Position numbers and translations under genes: made by a program. DNA of 32,000 nt from assembly GCF_000017305.1 (NCBI RefSeq), contig NC_009664.2, positions 2,880,001 through 2,912,000 on the forward strand. Direction: 5' to 3'. This DNA comes from Kineococcus radiotolerans SRS30216 = ATCC BAA-149. GTDB lineage: Bacteria; Actinomycetota; Actinomycetes; Actinomycetales; Kineococcaceae. Within the stretch, counting starts at the first letter, position 1. Each line of letters begins with the position of its first letter. Shown one piece after another: positions 24,955 to 32,000 of this stretch. The notes beneath the pieces were generated by a model. That model did not search any database, was not told where the DNA came from, and saw only the letters and a list, made by a program, of their open reading frames with translations.

Positions 24955-26088
24955 GTGTCAGAACCCGAGGCGGCAGCGCTCGCGGTGCGGGCGGGTGCCA
25001 CCGTCTTCTCCAACGAGAAGTCCACGCTCGTGCAGACCGGCCCCCGGCCCCTGGTCCCCGGGGCCAGCGGGCTGGAGCAGCTGCGGCGCACGACGGCGGC
25101 CCTGGAGGGGGCGCCCGTCGGGCTGATCGCCGCCGGCGCGGTCCCCTTCGACCTGCGCGGCCCCGGCGCCCTGCGGCTGGGGACCTCGGCCTCCACCCCC
25201 GGCCCCCTGCACCTGCCCCCGGCCACGCGCCGGCGCCAGGTCACCGTCGCCCGCAGCCGCCCCCGGCCCGCGCCCTCCGGCTACGCCGACGCCGTGCGCA
25301 CCGCCCTGGCCCGCATCGCCGACGGCGAGGTCGCCAAGGTCGTCCTGGCCCGCACCCTGGAGCTGGAGGCGCTGGACGACTGGTCGGTGCCCGACCTCGT
25401 CGCCGAGCTCGTCACCCGCAACCCCGGCGCGACGGCGCTCGCCGTCCCCCTCGACGACCCCGACGACCCCCGGGCCCGCTGGCTGGTCGGCGCCAGCCCC
25501 GAGCTGCTGCTGCGCCGCCGGGGGCCCAGCGTCCTGCTGCGCCCGCTGGCCGGTTCCGCCCCCCGCTCCCCGGAGCCGGACGAGGACATCCGCCGCGCCG
25601 ACGCGCTGCTGGCCTCGGACAAGGACCGCCGCGAGCACGCCTTCGTCGTCGACGCCATCGTCGAGGCCCTCCAGCCCTTCTGCCGCACCATCACCACCCC
25701 GGAGCCGGAGCTCGTCGCGACCCCGGCCGTGTGGCACCTCGCGACCCGGATCACCGCCCTGCTCACCGACACCGGCACCACCTCCGTCGACCTCGTCGCC
25801 GCCCTGCACCCGACCCCGGCGGTCGGCGGCTCGCCGCGGCCCGCGGCCATGCGGGTGATCGACGAGGTGGAGGGCCTGGACCGCGGCTGCTACGCCGGGG
25901 CCGTGGGCTGGCAGGACGTGCACGGGGACGGGGAGTGGGTCGTCGCCGTGCGCTGCGCGGAGGTCAGCGGCCGCCGGCTGCGCGTCTTCGCCGGCGCGGG
26001 CATCGTCGCCGGGTCCGACCCCGACGCCGAGGTGGCCGAGACCGCGGCCAAGATGCGCACCGTCCTGGACTCCGCGATCCCGCGCTGA
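24955..26088 (+). CDS. Isochorismate synthase (MenF/EntC family chorismate-binding enzyme, 377 aa)
   Basis: KVVLAR, GASPELLL, LAGS, DRREHAFV, LHPTPAVGG.P, ERG.YAG.VGW-type region and VAVRCA...AGAGIVAGSDP..E..ET..K are chorismate-utilising enzyme motifs. The size fits actinobacterial MenF/EntC. An alternative GTG start lies at 24985. Confidence 0.8.
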   Translation: MSEPEAAALAVRAGATVFSNEKSTLVQTGPRPLVPGASGLEQLRRTTAALEGAPVGLIAAGAVPFDLRGPGALRLGTSASTPGPLHLPPATRRRQVTVARSRPRPAPSGYADAVRTALARIADGEVAKVVLARTLELEALDDWSVPDLVAELVTRNPGATALAVPLDDPDDPRARWLVGASPELLLRRRGPSVLLRPLAGSAPRSPEPDEDIRRADALLASDKDRREHAFVVDAIVEALQPFCRTITTPEPELVATPAVWHLATRITALLTDTGTTSVDLVAALHPTPAVGGSPRPAAMRVIDEVEGLDRGCYAGAVGWQDVHGDGEWVVAVRCAEVSGRRLRVFAGAGIVAGSDPDAEVAETAAKMRTVLDSAIPR

Positions 26089-26134
26089 GCGCTCCCGGGA
26101 CGTGGCCGGGCGGTCGCGACCTGGGCTAACCTGA

Positions 26135-26232
26135 CCGTGGCCGCGACTGGCGCAGGGTGGGTCACCACCGGGGAGCGGCCACGGGCACCCGCAGGGGCGT
26201 CCGCCGTTCACGGGGTCGTCCGCCTGGGCCTC
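26135..26232 (+). promoter_or_regulatory. ZTP (ZMP/ZTP-sensing, pfl motif) riboswitch upstream of glyA-folD
   Basis: ccgtggccgc-GACTGGCG-cagGGTGGgtcaCCACCGGGGAGC-gcggccacgg closely matches the remembered pfl core GGGUCGUGACUGGCGAACAGGUGGGAAACCACCGGGGAGCGACCC. P1 pairs 26135-44 with 26175-84, and the P2 hairpin is 26156-69. The 3' element CCGCCTGGGC sits at 26220-26229, and its CGCC can pair with the GGCG of GACTGGCG. A possible -10 hexamer TAACCT lies at 26127-26132. Confidence 0.8.
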
Positions 26233-26267
26233 GCGTCGCCACCACCGCCGCCGTCCGAGGAGCGATC

Positions 26268-27572
26268 GTGACCGACGTCCTGCCCACCACCCCCACCGCC
26301 TCCGGCGTGACCGACCGCCCGCTGTCCGAGGTCGACCCCGAGATCGCGGCCGTGCTCGACGCCGAGCTCGGGCGTCAGCGCGACACCCTCGAGATGATCG
26401 CCAGCGAGAACTTCGCCCCGCGCTCCGTGCTGGAGGCCCAGGGCTCCGTCCTCACCAACAAGTACGCCGAGGGCTACCCGGGCAAGCGCTACTACGGCGG
26501 CTGCGAGCACGTCGACGTCGCCGAGGAGCTGGCCCGCACCCGGGCCAAGGAGCTCTTCGGCGCCGAGCACGCCAACGTCCAGCCGCACTCCGGCGCCAGC
26601 GCCAACGCGGCCGCCATGCACGCCTTCATCCGCGGCGGCGACGGCATCCTCGGCCTGGAGCTCGCCCACGGCGGCCACCTCACCCACGGCATGAAGATCA
26701 ACTTCTCGGGGCGCATGTACGACGTGTCGTCCTACGGGGTGGACCCGCAGACGTTCCGCGTCGACATGGACGTCGTGCGCGCCGTCGCGCTGGAGTCGCG
26801 CCCCAAGCTCATCATCGCCGGCTGGTCGGCCTACCCCCGCCAGCTCGACTTCGCCGCCTTCCGCTCCATCGCCGACGAGGTCGGGGCGCACCTCATGGTC
26901 GACATGGCCCACTTCGCCGGGCTCGTCGCCGCCGGGCTGCACCCCTCGCCCGTCCCGCACGCCCACGTCGTCACCTCGACGGTCCACAAGACCCTCGCCG
27001 GCCCCCGCTCCGGGCTCATCCTCACCCGGCAGGAGTTCGCGAAGAAGATCGACTCCGCGGTCTTCCCGGGCCAGCAGGGTGGCCCGCTCATGCACGTCGT
27101 CGCGGCCAAGGCCGTCGCCTTCAAGGTCGCCGGCTCCGAGGAGTTCGCCGAGCGCCAGCGCCGCACCCTCGAGGGCGCGAAGATCGTCGCCGAGCGCCTC
27201 ACCGCACCCGACGTCGCCGAGGCCGGGGTGTCCGTCCTCACCGGCGGCACCGACGTCCACCTCGTGCTCGTGGACCTGCGCGACTCCAAGCTCGACGGCC
27301 AGCAGGCCGAGGACCGCCTCCACGAGGTCGGCATCACCGTGAACCGCAACGCCGTCCCCTTCGACCCCCGCCCGCCGATGGTCACCTCCGGGCTGCGCAT
27401 CGGCACCCCGGCGCTGGCGACGCGCGGTTTCGGCGCGGCCGAGTTCACCGAGGTCGCCGACGTCATCGCCCTGGCCCTGAAGCCGGAGTTCGACGCCGAC
27501 GCGCTGCGCGCGCGCGTCGCGAAGCTGACGGCGGAGTTCCCGCTGTACCCGTCCGCGGGGTCGTTCGCGTGA
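26268..27572 (+). CDS. glyA: Serine hydroxymethyltransferase (434 aa)
   Basis: GTG at 26268 after [34 protein letters not shown] and [14 protein letters not shown] (PLP-lysine region). The track start at 26157 would translate the riboswitch. Confidence 0.95.
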   Translation: MTDVLPTTPTASGVTDRPLSEVDPEIAAVLDAELGRQRDTLEMIASENFAPRSVLEAQGSVLTNKYAEGYPGKRYYGGCEHVDVAEELARTRAKELFGAEHANVQPHSGASANAAAMHAFIRGGDGILGLELAHGGHLTHGMKINFSGRMYDVSSYGVDPQTFRVDMDVVRAVALESRPKLIIAGWSAYPRQLDFAAFRSIADEVGAHLMVDMAHFAGLVAAGLHPSPVPHAHVVTSTVHKTLAGPRSGLILTRQEFAKKIDSAVFPGQQGGPLMHVVAAKAVAFKVAGSEEFAERQRRTLEGAKIVAERLTAPDVAEAGVSVLTGGTDVHLVLVDLRDSKLDGQQAEDRLHEVGITVNRNAVPFDPRPPMVTSGLRIGTPALATRGFGAAEFTEVADVIALALKPEFDADALRARVAKLTAEFPLYPSAGSFA

Positions 27573-28456
27573 GCGCGACGGTCCTCGACGGGAAGGCCGC
27601 CGCGGCGGCGGTCAAGGCGGACCTGAAGGAACGGGTGGCGGCGCTGCGCGAGCGCGGCGTCGTCCCCGGCCTGGGCACCGTCCTGGTCGGCGACGACCCC
27701 GGCTCGGCCAGCTACGTGCGCGGCAAGCACCGCGACTGCGCCGAGGTCGGGATCGCCTCCATCCAGGTGGAGCTGCCGGCCACCGCGACGCAGGGCGAGA
27801 TCGAGTCCGAGATCGCCCAGCTCAACGCGAACCCCGACTGCACCGGGTTCATCGTCCAGCTGCCGCTGCCCGCGGGCATCGACGCCAACCGGATCCTGGA
27901 GCAGGTCGACCCGGACAAGGACGCCGACGGGCTGCACCCCACGAACCTGGGCCGCCTCGTGCTGCGGGTCCGCGAGGAGATCACCTCCCCGCTGCCCTGC
28001 ACCCCGCGCGGGGTCATCGACCTGCTGCTGCGCCACGACGTGCCCCTGGACGGGGCCGAGGTCGTCGTCGTGGGCCGCGGCGTCACCGTCGGCCGGCCCA
28101 TCGGGCTGCTGCTGACCCGCCGCCACCCCAACGCGACGGTCACCCTGTGCCACACCGGGACCCGCGACCTGGAGAGCCACCTGCGCCGCGCCGACGTCAT
28201 CGTCGCCGCGGCCGGGGTCGCGGGCCTGGTGACGAAGGAGAACGTCAAGCCCGGGGCGGCGGTGCTCGACGTCGGCGTCTCGCGGGTGCTGGACCCCGCG
28301 ACGGGGAAGTCGAAGCTGGCCGGTGACGTCGCCCTCGACGTGGCCGAGGTCGCCGGGTTCGTGGCACCCAACCCCGGCGGGGTCGGGCCGATGACCCGCG
28401 CGCTGCTGCTGACCAACGTGGTCGAGTCCGCCGAGCGGGCCGCCGGGCTGCGCTGA
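27569..28456 (+). CDS. folD: Bifunctional methylenetetrahydrofolate dehydrogenase / methenyl-THF cyclohydrolase
   Basis: [51 protein letters not shown] and NPGGVGPMT. The GTG overlaps the glyA stop (GTGA). Confidence 0.95.
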   Translation: MSATVLDGKAAAAAVKADLKERVAALRERGVVPGLGTVLVGDDPGSASYVRGKHRDCAEVGIASIQVELPATATQGEIESEIAQLNANPDCTGFIVQLPLPAGIDANRILEQVDPDKDADGLHPTNLGRLVLRVREEITSPLPCTPRGVIDLLLRHDVPLDGAEVVVVGRGVTVGRPIGLLLTRRHPNATVTLCHTGTRDLESHLRRADVIVAAAGVAGLVTKENVKPGAAVLDVGVSRVLDPATGKSKLAGDVALDVAEVAGFVAPNPGGVGPMTRALLLTNVVESAERAAGLR

Positions 28457-28492
28457 GCCGGATCGCTGCCCGGCCCCGTCGGCGGGGTCGGG

Positions 28493-28498
28493 TAGCGT
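28493..28498 (+). promoter_or_regulatory. Candidate -10 hexamer (TAGCGT) for leaderless xthA
   Basis: tagcgtcccgggcGTG: the hexamer lies 7 nt before the GTG at 28506. Nearly identical to the 14425 element. Confidence 0.4.
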
Positions 28499-28505
28499 CC
28501 CGGGC

Positions 28506-29327
28506 GTGGCCAGGGAGAAGCAGCTGCTCGTCGCGACCGTCAACGTCAACGGGGTCCGGGCCGCGGTGCGGCGCGGGATGCACTCGTGGCTGGACGCGCG
28601 CGACCCCGACGTCCTGCTGCTGCAGGAGGTCCGCGCCCCCGACGCCGAACTGCGCAAGGCGCTGCCGTCGTACCCCCACGTCGCGCACACCGAGGCCGCG
28701 GCCAAGGGCCGCGCCGGGGTCGCGGTCGCCACCCGCTCGGAGTTCACCGCCGTCCGCATCGGGTTCGCCCACGACCCGCACTTCGAGACCTCCGGGCGCT
28801 GGATCGAGGTCGACGTCGACACCGCGATCGGGCCGATGACCCTCGTCAGCACCTACGTGCACTCCGGCGAGGTCGGCACCCCGCAGCAGGAGGACAAGCA
28901 CCGCTTCCTCGACGCCATGGACGTCCGGTTCGCCGAGCTCGGGGCGATCGCGGCGGAGACCGGCCGCGAGGCCCTCGTCGCCGGTGACCTGAACGTCGGG
29001 CACACCGAGCGCGACATCAAGAACTGGAAGGGCAACCGCGGCAAGGCCGGGTTCCTGGAGGACGAGCGCGCCCACTTCGACCACTGGTTCGGCGACCTCG
29101 GCTGGGTCGACACCCAGCGCGAGGTCGCCGGTGACGTCGACGGCCCCTACGCCTGGTGGTCCTGGCGCGGGCAGGCCTTCGACAACGACACCGGCTGGCG
29201 CATCGACTACCAGCTCGTCACCCCCGGGCTCGGGGCGCGGCTGCAGGGCGTCGAGACCGACCGCGCCGCCAGCTACGCGGAGCGGTTCTCCGACCACGCC
29301 CCCGTCGTCGCGACGTACCGGGCCTGA
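28506..29327 (+). CDS. xthA: Exodeoxyribonuclease III (EEP-family AP endonuclease)
   Basis: VATVNVNG.R, DVLLLQE, GDLNV.H...D, WWSWRG.AF..D.GWRIDY and the C-terminal SDHAP match the Xth/ExoIII family. Confidence 0.85.
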   Translation: MAREKQLLVATVNVNGVRAAVRRGMHSWLDARDPDVLLLQEVRAPDAELRKALPSYPHVAHTEAAAKGRAGVAVATRSEFTAVRIGFAHDPHFETSGRWIEVDVDTAIGPMTLVSTYVHSGEVGTPQQEDKHRFLDAMDVRFAELGAIAAETGREALVAGDLNVGHTERDIKNWKGNRGKAGFLEDERAHFDHWFGDLGWVDTQREVAGDVDGPYAWWSWRGQAFDNDTGWRIDYQLVTPGLGARLQGVETDRAASYAERFSDHAPVVATYRA

Positions 29328-29334
29328 CGCGGCC

Positions 29335-30621
29335 TCAGCCCCGCAGCTCCTCCAGCGCCGGGTACACCGCCTCCGACCACGTCGGGAACGCCCGCACGTG
29401 GTGCGCGAGCAGGTCGACGTCGAGGCGGGCGCGGACGGCGAGGGAGAGTTCCGCGCCCCAGGAGTCCGCCTCGGGGCCCAGGCAGGCGGCGCCGACGAGC
29501 ACGCCGTCGCGCGCGAACAGCTCGACCCCGCCGGTGAGGGTCCGCCGCTGCTCGCGGGGGGCGGAGAGCGCCAGCAGGTTCGCCCGCTCCACCTCGGTGA
29601 CGTCGAACCAGGCCCGGCGGACCCCGTCGCCGCCGGTGGTGTCGCCGGTGCAGAACACCGGGGGGTGGGTGTAGACGGCGCGGGGGATCGCGCGGTAGTC
29701 CGCGTCGCGCCCGCGCCCGAGGAGCTCCGAGACGACGGTGCGGGCCTGGTGGTTCGCGGTGTGGGTGTAGGGGGAGATCCCGGTGACGTCGCCGACGGCG
29801 GAGAACCCCTCGACGACCGCGCCGGAGGCGTCCACGACCCGGCACCGCGCGTCGGTGCGCACCGCGCCCGCGTCGGTCAGCCACCCCTCGTCCAGCCCCA
29901 GGCCGGCCGTGGCGGGAGCGCGGCCGGTGGCCAGCAGCACCCGGTCCACGTCGAGGTCGGCGAGGACCTCGAGGGAGGCGGAGGTCCGCACGTCGACCCC
30001 GTCGGCGCGCAGCACCTCCGCGAGCCGGTCGCCGACCCAGGCGGGTTCTCGCGAGAGCAGGTGCTCCCCGCGCACCAGCACCGTCACCCGGCTGCCGAGA
30101 CCGGCGAAGGCCTGCGCGAGCTCGCAGGCCACGGCCCCGCCGCCGACGACGGCGAGGTGGGCGGGCAGCTCGTCGGCGGCCAGCGCCTCCTCGGAGGTCC
30201 AGGTGGGGAGGTCGACGGGCAGGTCGGGGCGGACCGGGGTGCTGCCGGTGGCGAGGACGACGGTCCCCGCCCGCACCTCCTGCGGGCCCCCCTCGCCCTC
30301 CACGAGGACGCCGCGGCCCTCGACGCGGGCCGTGCCGCGCACGAGGACGACCCCGTCGGCGGCGAGCTCCGCCGCGGCCGCGGAGTCGTCGCGCCCACCG
30401 GTGGCCTCGTCGCGCACGGCGCGGGCCGCGGGCCAGGAGAGCCCGGCGGCGGCGGACAGCAGCAGCGACTTCGAGGGGACGCAGGCCAGGTAGGGGCAGA
30501 ACCCCCCGACGAGCCCCCGCTCGACGAGGACGACGCGACGCCCGGCGCGGGCGAGCTGCTGCGCCAGCATCTTCCCGCCCGACCCGGACCCGACGACGCA
30601 GACGTCCGCAGTGGTGAACAC
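29335..30621 (-). CDS. Class I pyridine nucleotide-disulfide oxidoreductase (dihydrolipoamide dehydrogenase/mercuric reductase-like, 428 aa)
   Basis: GTG at 30621..30619 gives VFTTADVCVVGSGSGG (FAD GxGxxG), the redox-active GGFCPYLACVPSK, a second Rossmann fold LAVVGGGAVACELA, and ATGR.P / GDV motifs. The N-terminal track extension is antisense to the ABC ATPase. Confidence 0.8.
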   Translation of the reverse strand: MFTTADVCVVGSGSGGKMLAQQLARAGRRVVLVERGLVGGFCPYLACVPSKSLLLSAAAGLSWPAARAVRDEATGGRDDSAAAAELAADGVVLVRGTARVEGRGVLVEGEGGPQEVRAGTVVLATGSTPVRPDLPVDLPTWTSEEALAADELPAHLAVVGGGAVACELAQAFAGLGSRVTVLVRGEHLLSREPAWVGDRLAEVLRADGVDVRTSASLEVLADLDVDRVLLATGRAPATAGLGLDEGWLTDAGAVRTDARCRVVDASGAVVEGFSAVGDVTGISPYTHTANHQARTVVSELLGRGRDADYRAIPRAVYTHPPVFCTGDTTGGDGVRRAWFDVTEVERANLLALSAPREQRRTLTGGVELFARDGVLVGAACLGPEADSWGAELSLAVRARLDVDLLAHHVRAFPTWSEAVYPALEELRG

Positions 30622-30703
30622 CTCGTGATGGTTCCCGAAGGATTGACGCGCCGCGCGTCGAAGGGGGGACGCAGCGGCCCCCTGTGAGTGCTCTGATGAC
30701 GGG

Positions 30704-31651
30704 GTGAGCGAACTGGAGCCACCCGGGCTGGAGTGCCTCGGCGTCGGCAAGCGCTTCGGCGCCGTGCAGGCGCTGGACGGCCTGACGATGACCCTGACGG
30801 CCGGCGCGACCGGTCTGCTCGGCGCGAACGGCGCCGGGAAGTCGACGCTGCTGCGCACGGCGCTGGGGCTGACCCGCCCCGACGCGGGCACGGTGCGGGT
30901 GCTGGGCCTGGACACCGTGCGCGATCGCGCCGAGGTCCGCCGGCGGGTGGGGTTCATGCCCGAGCACCCGTGCCTGCCCGCGGACATGTCGGCGCAGGAC
31001 GTGTGCGTGTCGCTGGCCCGCCTGCGCGGGCTGGGCCGGCGGGACGCGGTGCGCCGCACCAGCGAGGTGCTGTTCGCCGTCGGCCTGGAGGAGGAACGCC
31101 GCCGCCCGGTGGGTTCGTACTCCCTCGGCATGCAGCAGCGCACGAAGCTCGCCCAGGCCCTCGTCCACGGCCCGGACCTGGTGCTGCTGGACGAACCCAC
31201 CTCGGGGCTGGACCCCGCGGGGCGGGAGGAGATGCTCGCCATCGTGCGCCGCCTCTCCACCGATCTCGGGATCCGGGTCGTCGCCAGTTCCCACGTCCTC
31301 GACGACATCGAGCGCACGTGCGACGAGGTCGTCGTGCTGCGCTCGGGAACCCTGGCCGCGCAGCGTCCCGTCGTCATCGGGCACGACCCCTCGGGCGCGG
31401 TGGAACTGCGGGTCTCCGGGGACGTGGGGGCGTTCGCGGCGGCGCTGGAACCCCGCCTGGTCCCGTTCGGGGTGGCGCTGTCGCCCACCGCCGCCGGCGA
31501 CATCGGGCTGAGTTCCAGCCCCGACGCCGCGCTGGACGCGGTGCGCGACCTGGCCGGGGAGCTCGGGGTCGGGGTGGAGCGGCTGGTGCCCACCGCCCGT
31601 GGTCTGGAGGACCTCGTGGTCGACGCGATGGGAGGGGGGAACCGTGGCTGA
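30704..31651 (+). CDS. ABC transporter ATP-binding protein (315 aa)
   Basis: Walker A GANGAGKST, signature YSLGMQQR, Walker B LVLLDEPTSGLD and the H-loop SSHVL. GTG at 30704. Confidence 0.85.
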   Translation: MSELEPPGLECLGVGKRFGAVQALDGLTMTLTAGATGLLGANGAGKSTLLRTALGLTRPDAGTVRVLGLDTVRDRAEVRRRVGFMPEHPCLPADMSAQDVCVSLARLRGLGRRDAVRRTSEVLFAVGLEEERRRPVGSYSLGMQQRTKLAQALVHGPDLVLLDEPTSGLDPAGREEMLAIVRRLSTDLGIRVVASSHVLDDIERTCDEVVVLRSGTLAAQRPVVIGHDPSGAVELRVSGDVGAFAAALEPRLVPFGVALSPTAAGDIGLSSSPDAALDAVRDLAGELGVGVERLVPTARGLEDLVVDAMGGGNRG

Positions 31652-32000
31652 ACCGGGAGCGGTCCCGCACGAGACACCCCGTGCGGTCCTGCACGAGACA
31701 CCCCGTGCGGTCCTGCACGACATCCGCTACAGCCGGTACCAGGGGGCGCTGCGCCCGCGCCGTTCCGCGGTGGCGAGCTTCGTCGCCAGCGGCGTCCGCC
31801 GCCCGCTGGGCCTGCGGCGCAGCGCGAGCGCGAAGATCTGGCCGTTCCTGCTGCTGGCCGTGGCCTACCTGCCCGCGCTGGCCGTCGTCGCCGTCCCGCT
31901 GCTGGTGCCGGCCGTGGACGTCCAGCCGACCGACCTCATCGACTACCCGCAGCTGCTGACGACGAACTCGGTCGTCCTGCTGGCCTTCGTGGCGACGTCG
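31644..32000 (+). CDS. ABC-2-type transporter permease, 5' part (continues beyond the window)
   Basis: GTG at 31644 overlaps the ATPase end by 8 nt, and the frame stays open to the window end. The translation is ..AVLHDIRYSRYQGALRPRRSAVASFVASGVRRPLGLRRSASAKIWPFLLLAVAYLPALAVV. It resembles the IHDIGYRxYxG...GLGRSAKSK N-termini of actinobacterial ABC permeases that I recall. Confidence 0.55.
   Translation, partial: MAEPGAVPHETPRAVLHETPRAVLHDIRYSRYQGALRPRRSAVASFVASGVRRPLGLRRSASAKIWPFLLLAVAYLPALAVVAVPLLVPAVDVQPTDLIDYPQLLTTNSVVLLAFVATS
31659..31720 (+). repeat. In-frame 24-bp tandem direct repeat (2 full copies plus a 14-bp partial third copy)
   Basis: gcggtcccgcacgagacaccccgt (31659-82), gcggtcctgcacgagacaccccgt (31683-706) and gcggtcctgcacga (31707-20). 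Encodes AVPHETPR-AVLHETPR-AVLHD at the permease N-terminus. Confidence 0.85.

Noticed and set aside
26157-26267. Upstream start giving a 471-aa GlyA
   Set aside because: The extra 37 codons would translate the ZTP riboswitch aptamer. The GTG at 26268 has a GAGGAG RBS and gives a normal SHMT N-terminus.
31659-31720. Tandem 24-bp repeats as a possible CRISPR array
   Set aside because: The repeats are directly adjacent with no spacers, number fewer than three full copies, lie in frame inside a coding region, and have no cas genes nearby.
30622-31723. N-terminal extensions of the oxidoreductase ORFs (788 aa and 816 aa on the minus strand)
   Set aside because: This region is antisense to an ABC ATPase with Walker A, signature and Walker B motifs. 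The FAD-binding GxGxxG sits right after the GTG at 30621.
1-32000. Search for tRNA, rRNA, transposase/integrase genes, terminal inverted repeats or a compositional island
   Set aside because: No T-loop (GGTTCGAATCC-like) sequences or rRNA segments were noticed in the intergenic regions. No recombinase-like translations appear, and GC content looks uniformly very high across the window.

Overview
Very high-GC, gene-dense chromosomal segment typical of an actinobacterium. Most of it is core metabolism. The order sucC-sucD-(DUF6350/PerM-like membrane protein)-purN-purH matches what I recall of Mycobacterium Rv0951-Rv0957. Also present are a DhaK/DhaL-fusion dihydroxyacetone kinase, an SfnG-like flavin monooxygenase, idi, acyl-CoA carboxylase beta plus epsilon subunits, icd, corA, a TagF-like/cytidylyltransferase pair, purU, isochorismate synthase, glyA-folD, xthA, a disulfide oxidoreductase and an ABC transporter. 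I found no rRNA, tRNA, CRISPR or mobile elements. Two riboswitch-like leaders stand out: a strong ZTP (pfl) match before glyA-folD and a SAM-I-clan candidate before the monooxygenase. Many genes carry a TANNNT hexamer 6-8 nt upstream of the start codon, the geometry of leaderless transcripts. This includes a 10-bp palindrome that supplies a hexamer to both purU and the isochorismate synthase gene. The least explained region is a translationally coupled five-gene cluster at 1948-6653. It encodes an EspC/WXG-like small helical protein, a 551-aa Ala-rich protein (T7SS-signal-like N-terminus, three hydrophobic helices, unassigned C-terminal domain), two paralogous small acidic proteins and a 4-TM protein. 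It reads as an orphan type VII-style effector module with uncharacterised parts. All calls come from motif recognition and reading frames by eye; no searches were run. The long Arg/Pro/Gly-rich ORFs in the track are high-GC artefacts.
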